DNA from: Amoebidium appalachense
Taxonomy: Eukaryota > Protista > Ichthyosporea
NCBI GenBank assembly: GCA_963693365.1
Contig: CAVNZM010000004.1
Location: 4,020,047-4,084,046 of the forward strand
Direction of reading: 5' to 3'
Length of the DNA stretch: 64,000 nucleotides
A program made the translations under genes and the position numbers. Of the stretch, positions 50,083-64,000 are shown piece after piece. The stretch's first letter is position 1. Each line of letters opens with the position of its first letter. The notes below the pieces were generated by a model. The model saw nothing but the letters and a program-made list of their open reading frames with translations. It made no database searches and was not told where the DNA came from.

Positions 50083-52660
50083 GGTTGGAATGCCGCCGCA
50101 ACTTTTGCATAAACTTATCGGAACACAATAAATGCGTGTGTGGCTTTGAGAGATCTTCCAAATAAGAATTTATTTGTGAAAGCTGTGAACCTGAAAACAC
50201 TTCGTTCAAGAATTCAGACACTCCGTGTAACTTGGATGTGCCACGAATCTCTGTTTACATAGGGTTGTATAAAAAGGAACTACAATCTTACGTGTTACTC
50301 CTGGAGCTAGGCTAAGCTGCTGTAAGTACACCAACCACATGAGTTGTAAGAGAGTGTGTGTGTGTGTGCCACGTGTTTGTGTGTGTGTGTGTGTGTGTGT
50401 GTCCTCCAAGTTCTCCCGTAGGTACAAGCACAAAACGAAGCTCGAAAACAACCAGGAGTGTTATGGACGGCCCACAGTTGCATGCATGCGTTTTCATGAA
50501 GAGGCCACGATCTTACGCTGCATGCATTTGATTCGCTGTCATTTGTTTGTGCCTTTATTTAGATATATTGTACACATTATGATTGGTGGTTATTCCTGTA
50601 TGTGAAGTGCTCAGGCACGTATACTAGCGTGACTTGATGAAGCTGCATGCCTGCACGGAAGGCAACGCTGTCATTTCTTTTACACCAAACAAGACTACAA
50701 ATGTAGACGTTTGATGATTAGTATAATATAATGTAAGTCGTTTTCGCTTGTATTTTTCTCTAAACCTGTGTAAATGTACAGGTGACAGGTAGGCCAAACC
50801 GCGGGAGCGGAAGAATATTGAGCAGGAATCAAGTATGCAAAACCTCAAACACTCGGACCAACGACTGGCGCAGCACTTTTAACGAACGGCGGCTCTAGAA
50901 CGTTTGCCGTTTATGGGTTTGTTGAGTCCGACGGTACATATATATCTTCCAACACTCGCAATTGTGGGTCTATGATTGTCATTTTAGCTCAAATTAAGAA
51001 ACCAAATATATCACATGAAATCATATAGGTTTGAATAAAATTCAACTCTCAGATTTAAATAGTAAAGCGGTATATCTTGGAGTCTGCATGCAAAGGATGA
51101 CCCGAAATGTCTTAACGTTTTTGGAATCTCAGTTGAATGAGTTGTTAAGAAATATCGGAAATGATGTGAATGATTCGCCCCCATTTATGACGAAGCTAGT
51201 TTGGGGTGACTACACCTATTTTCGGTTAGCCAATCACTGTATACTTTCGCACATTTTGTTAATTTCCGCACCCGCCTCGCAAACCTCAATTTAGATTCAT
51301 TTGGAATCTCAATGTGTTTGCTTCGCTCTATGGAGATCCAGCCAGCCGAACGCAACTGGCGAAATGAAGGTGCCGAGCTTTGGCACAACGTCGAAACGAG
51401 ACGAGATTTTTCTGGAAGGTGCTGTGTGCGTGTGTGCCAGTGTTGGAGGGAGGGCAAAATTTTAAAGAAGAAAAGGGACTGTTCGGATATTTTTTTTCTC
51501 TCTGGCTGTATCCTGCCTCCCCCCTCCCCCTCCCCCCCGGAGGCGCCCCCCCCTTTCTTCTCTCCCCCCCGCCGCCCCCCCCCCCCCCCCCCCCCCCCCC
51601 TTCACTTCCGAGTCCCTCCACTCCCGGCCTTTTCTGTCTTCTCCTCAGCGTCGTCCTTTCTCTGTCCGACCCCTCCCCTGCCTCCCTTCCTCACTCTGCC
51701 TCACTCCCCATCTATTCCCCTTTCCTTCTCTTCCCCCCCTTCCCCTTTCTCCTTTCCTCCCCCTCCCCCCTTTTTTTTTGTGTGTATGTGTGTTTGGCTG
51801 GCCCTATATTTACCCATAAATGGATGTGTGTGTGTGTGCGTGTGTGTGTGTGTGTGTTACATGTGTGTGTGTGTTGTGTGTACATGTCGCATCCTAACAT
51901 GTGTGTAATAAGAGACGCGGCACTCATCTAAGTAAACACACACGGAAAGAAACGAACGTGAAGGAGAAAACTGCATGCAAAGCTTATCACTAGGCCTGAC
52001 TCCGACGGGCAACCTGAGATCCAAACGGAACCAAGCTGCGGCCATCAAGGCCGTGCCCCCAAAGATCATCATCACCAGGCCCCCCCACAATGCCACATTC
52101 CTTACATTCCGATCTAATGATCTTTATCGTTCGCCAGCACGAGCTAAGTCTATCGGCGCACACTAATATACATATCCTCGTCTCTCCCCTCTCCCTTCCC
52201 CTATGTAGTGGCACCGCAGAATCTAAGTCTACATTTCGTACTACCTCCCCCCCTCCCCCCCCCCCTACTTTTTCCTGTACATCAATATATACATACATTT
52301 GGCAGATAGCACTATCCGAACTTGCCAATATTTACAAGGGCATCTGCCCGAACTTATTGCATTCCAAAGTCCTCCTACAAATAGCCGCGGGCCATTTCTT
52401 GGGCCCGCGGCCGCATCGGACGCACACACACAGACACACACAGACACATACACATGTGCGCACGCCAAGTCGCGCGCCAACATGTATCAAATCAGGCACC
52501 ATCGTTAACCATAAAAGGGTAGTCCTGAAACGGCTTGGCAACTCTGTGATTGTGAAGTCTTGCCAAATTTAAGTCACCCATGCATATGCATGGCCAATAA
52601 CCCGCCAAACGGCACAGGCCTGACACACGTGCGCGCACCCGGCGCACGCAAGCACGTACT

Positions 52661-52772
52661 CAGGGGTTAAAATTACAGTGCCACTTGGCAGTAAAAAAAA
52701 CCCTGAAATCCGAAAAAAGCCACTTGACGCGGACCGCTAGTTCCACTGAAATCTGTGCCAGTGGCACTGTGA

Positions 52773-52820
<48 letters not shown>

Positions 52821-52969
52821 ATATATATATATACTATATATATATGATGTATATGTATTTATATATATGTATGTATGTGCAAGTGGCACTGAAAATACAG
52901 TCGGGGTTACGAAAAATATGCACCGGATTCCCCAAAAACCACTATGATAAAAACGAATCTTAAGCCCTG
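52661..52969. mobile_element. hAT-type MITE with internal (TA)n
   Basis: TIRs CAGGGGTTAA / TTAAGCCCTG (9/10). The 8-bp flanks CACGTACT (52653-52660) and CACGCGCT (52970-52977) differ only at one CpG. Internal inverted CAGTGCCACTTG / CAAGTGGCACTG. Confidence 0.75.
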
Positions 52970-53474
52970 CACGCGCTCTGCAGGCGCCTGACGCCAGTAG
53001 CCGACGATCTAGATCTAGATCTCTTGGGCCAATGGACTATGTACAAACTAGCCAATTCTTGGTTCTGCTTGCCCCCTGGCGGGGCCACGCCTTACGGGTC
53101 TGAAGCCTTTGGCACGCACACACACACGCACAAACACCTGTAAACAGTCACACAGTGACAGTGGCATAACGCATGAACGTTCACATACACATCACAAGCA
53201 CGCGCACGCAATACATGTACACTTGCACGCACCACACATATGCATACATGTGCACAAACACACACACACAAACAGGTTAGTCTTCATGCAACTCAGTGAC
53301 ACTGCAGCTGATTGTGCCCAAGCAGTCATCCATGCATGCATACCCGCCAAACGGCACAGGGCCCTAAAATTTTACAAATAGGCCTAGGCCTGAGTCAGCC
53401 TACAAGGGGCCCGCACAGGCAACCATCAGGGCCGTCAGAGGAAACATCCGTAGCCTGTACAGCGCTCCCTGGCC

Positions 53475-53876
53475 ATGGGCACCCTGCCTACCATGACACG
53501 GCTACACCGAGATCACCCCACCGTCGTTACACAGCCCACATGCCCCCGGTGCAGCCAGCACCCTGAGACCACCACCCACCTCTGGGCCTGCCCGGCCCAT
53601 GCCGGGGAGGTCCCCACCCTGACCACGGCCATCACAGCCTGCATCCACAACGTCCTGCACACTCGTCATCCAAACACCCCCACGGCACAGCACCACCATA
53701 CGGCAGCCACGGTGGTAGACCAATGTGCATGGATAAACTGGATAGGAGGCAACGTTGACCCACCAGACCCCGAAGACATGCATCAAGTGGGTCGAACGGG
53801 GATTCTGCCCACGATCGGTGGGCCCACTACTTGCAGCCAACGGGTACCACCAAGACCACCACCCGGGCCATCTTAG
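53475..53876 (+). mobile_element. LINE ORF2 C-terminal zinc-finger remnant (zf-RVT-like)
   Basis: GTLPTMTRLHRDHPTVVTQPTCPRCSQHPETTTHLWACP matches the LPTxxRL...CxxC...ETxxHL.xC motif of non-LTR retrotransposons. Frameshifted downstream. Confidence 0.75.
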
Positions 53877-54610
53877 GAAAAATCACAGTAGAGTTGCAGT
53901 CCTTTTTCTTTTCAAAAATTTGGCACCTACGGAACACAGCACTTCCCCCCCACCCACCCCAAAATGCAAAAACACCACCATATACCCACCACCCGTAGAA
54001 AGAAAAGTATGGCTCCCCAAAAACCCAAGACACCAACAAATACACCCCCCACACACACCCGGCCAGCCTGTTCTAGATCTGACTGCCGGAACACACACAG
54101 ACCCGGTGTGCCCTGTAAAACCCACCTTTTAGTCCACAAAAACATCGCCACAACATACGTACAACAACACATAATGTTAGGCAGCAACTCCCCACCACCA
54201 CCACCACCACACCCCATCATCCACCCATACCGGTACCCACCGTAAATACTATACACAACATGTCTAGGACTTCCCAATACTGTAGATCGACCAATGAGAG
54301 CCCTCGGTTAACGTTTATTGCTAGGTTTTGAATGGAGGGGAGGACTGGAGCCTCCTGCCGGCGTGGCTGGGGTAGTAGCCCTGGGCAAAGTGTGTACAAT
54401 TATGGTTAGGTTGTGAAGGATGGTTTAGCTAAGCTTAGCTGAACTCATAGATAGCACCTTAACTAGTGTACTGTCGGTGCTGTGTGGTAGACGGTAGTTT
54501 CCCTAGAGGGCCTGAAAAGGCCCTCCGGGAACAAAACGTGATATAAAAAAAATAATAATAAAAATACACGTGTGTGTGTGTACACGTGTGTGTGTGTGTG
54601 TGTGTGACAC

Positions 54611-54679
<69 letters not shown>

Positions 54680-54705
54680 CGTGTGACGTGTGTGTACATG
54701 CGTGT

Positions 54706-54797
<92 letters not shown>

Positions 54798-55020
54798 ATG
54801 TGTGTGTGTTTTTGGGGGGACAGAAGCACAGAAGCACATACACATTAATCATAAGCTTAAGCATGAGTGTGTTGAGTGTGTGTGTTTCGGGGCCCCGGGT
54901 CCGGGGGAGAGGGGGGGGGGGGGGGGGGGGGGGGGGGAGGCCATCATTTGAACTGCTGTTTAAGATGGCCGTGGGCCGGGGGGGGGTGGGGAGGGGGGGG
55001 GTGGCTCCGGGCCAGGATAG

Positions 55021-55152
55021 TAGGCTGTTCAGACCGAACCGGACCAAACTGCGGTTCGAGAGGTTTGAACCGGACTGAACCGGACCGTGAGGGGGTGTCT
55101 AATGCATTGCCAGTGACCGGGGACTTGCATGACCGGTGACCGACCGACCCTG
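55021..55152. mobile_element. Possible DNA-transposon (hAT-like) end fragment with ACCG(G/A) subterminal repeats
   Basis: GAACCGGAC x3 plus TGACCG repeats between TAGGCTG and CGACCCTG. No convincing TIR pair or TSD. Confidence 0.3.
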
Positions 55153-56238
55153 GCCTTGCTCCCTGGCCTAGAACCGTCACCTGAGGCCTACGTCTACACC
55201 CGACCCGGCGAGATTGAAACGGCCCTCTAGAGATCTGAAACAAAGCACAACAAAATTCCTGTGGTGGTAGGTCTATTTGACTGTGATTGGTTCTTTTTGT
55301 TGAGCAACGCCAACGACTTTCAGGGTGTAGCATTTTTAGGGAAAAGTTTGTAAGCAGTTCTTTTTTTTCGAATTGGGCAGACTGCCATGCTACCGTAGTT
55401 CCGCATAGCTGTACTTGCTCAGTCTAGATCTGACACGTTGTGGCACAGTGGCTTAGAATTGTAGTACATACATTCCTAGCAGTTGACTCTGTACATGACT
55501 CTGGCACTGGCGGGAGAGGTATTTTATGTGATCGTTTGATTTAAATGACTTCTCTTTTACGCGCAGGAGGGTGACTCCAGCTCAGTGGATAAGGTACTGG
55601 GGCCGAGTCGGAGTTCACGTCGACAGTAGCGCGGTTCGCAAAAAATCTATTTTCAGATTTTCTATATTTGTGTTTCCTACCCTGCATGGTAAAACGGGAA
55701 TCCAATCAAAAATGGCCAACTCCCACATAATTGTGACATAAATTTATCTGGAATGTGGCAGCCTGGCAGCCCTGAGGAGGCTGAGGGCCAAAACACGATG
55801 ACGCTGCATGTCCCCACTGTGACTGTGACACAGGTGCATGAACCAAAAAAAAACAACATCAACGGTTGGTGACAGGGCGTCGAGGCTTCTTCTATAATAT
55901 CCCATTTCTTTCCTTGTGTATAGGTCCTGAATAACTCGTTGGGTGCCGGTACTTGGTTTCCTTTTGTTTAATTGTTCATGCAAGTGCTTGACCGCAGGCT
56001 TTTGGAGTAGTACATGTTCAAACAGGCCATTGCACAAACAATTACTTTCAACACTTCACGAACGGTTATTCATATCTTTCATACCAGTTTCTCCAAACTC
56101 AAGAAAGCGATTTGAGCCTGCTCTAAACCGAAAGCCACAATTAACAATATTCTCAAGACTCAACTGTTTGTCTTTCCCCCCTTGCCCACATTACACAAAC
56201 ACACACACATAGCAAAAAGCAGCAAATCACACCCCAAG

Positions 56239-64000
<7,762 letters not shown>

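Noticed and set aside
51031-52330. Short ORFs including a hydrophobic stretch (ALWGGLVMMIFGGTALMAAAWF) as a small gene
   Set aside because: No recognisable domain and no coherent exon chain could be built.

Overview
Eukaryotic, intron-rich genomic DNA whose introns are filled with G/C homopolymers and (GT/CA)n, (GA/TC)n and (GGGA)n microsatellites. Almost all long ORFs in the supplied track are artefacts of these repeats. The gene set and intron style would fit a unicellular holozoan such as an ichthyosporean, but that is a weak inference. By joining GT-AG exons by hand I reconstructed four genes: (1) a C2-C2-RasGAP of GAP1/RASA type (minus, 8765-26292, 17 exons); (2) CstF-64/CSTF2 (minus, 27841-39592, 13 exons); (3) a type II membrane GT61-like glycosyltransferase (minus, 42614-50082, 9 exons); (4) a secreted carboxypeptidase-D-like M14 protein (plus, 56239 to beyond the window end). 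In the last, both visible peptidase domains lack key catalytic residues and a ~560-aa Pro-rich insert interrupts the transthyretin-like domain. Intergenic DNA holds decayed non-LTR retrotransposon 3' ends, a PIF/Harbinger element with TAA target-site duplication carrying a nested hairpin rich in tandem G.A mismatches, and a hAT-type MITE. The best candidate for an undescribed system is a non-coding, strongly structured ~453-bp element found five times inside introns. It is always embedded in poly-G/poly-C tracts, has one fixed and one variable end, and occurs once as a head-to-tail multimer. This is the pattern expected of a retrozyme-like or circular-RNA-derived retroelement that targets G tracts, but I could not assemble any known ribozyme core in it. 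Also notable are intronic echo copies of exon ends and single-base frameshifts at C/G runs in all four genes (most likely assembly error). All calls are by eye; no searches were run.
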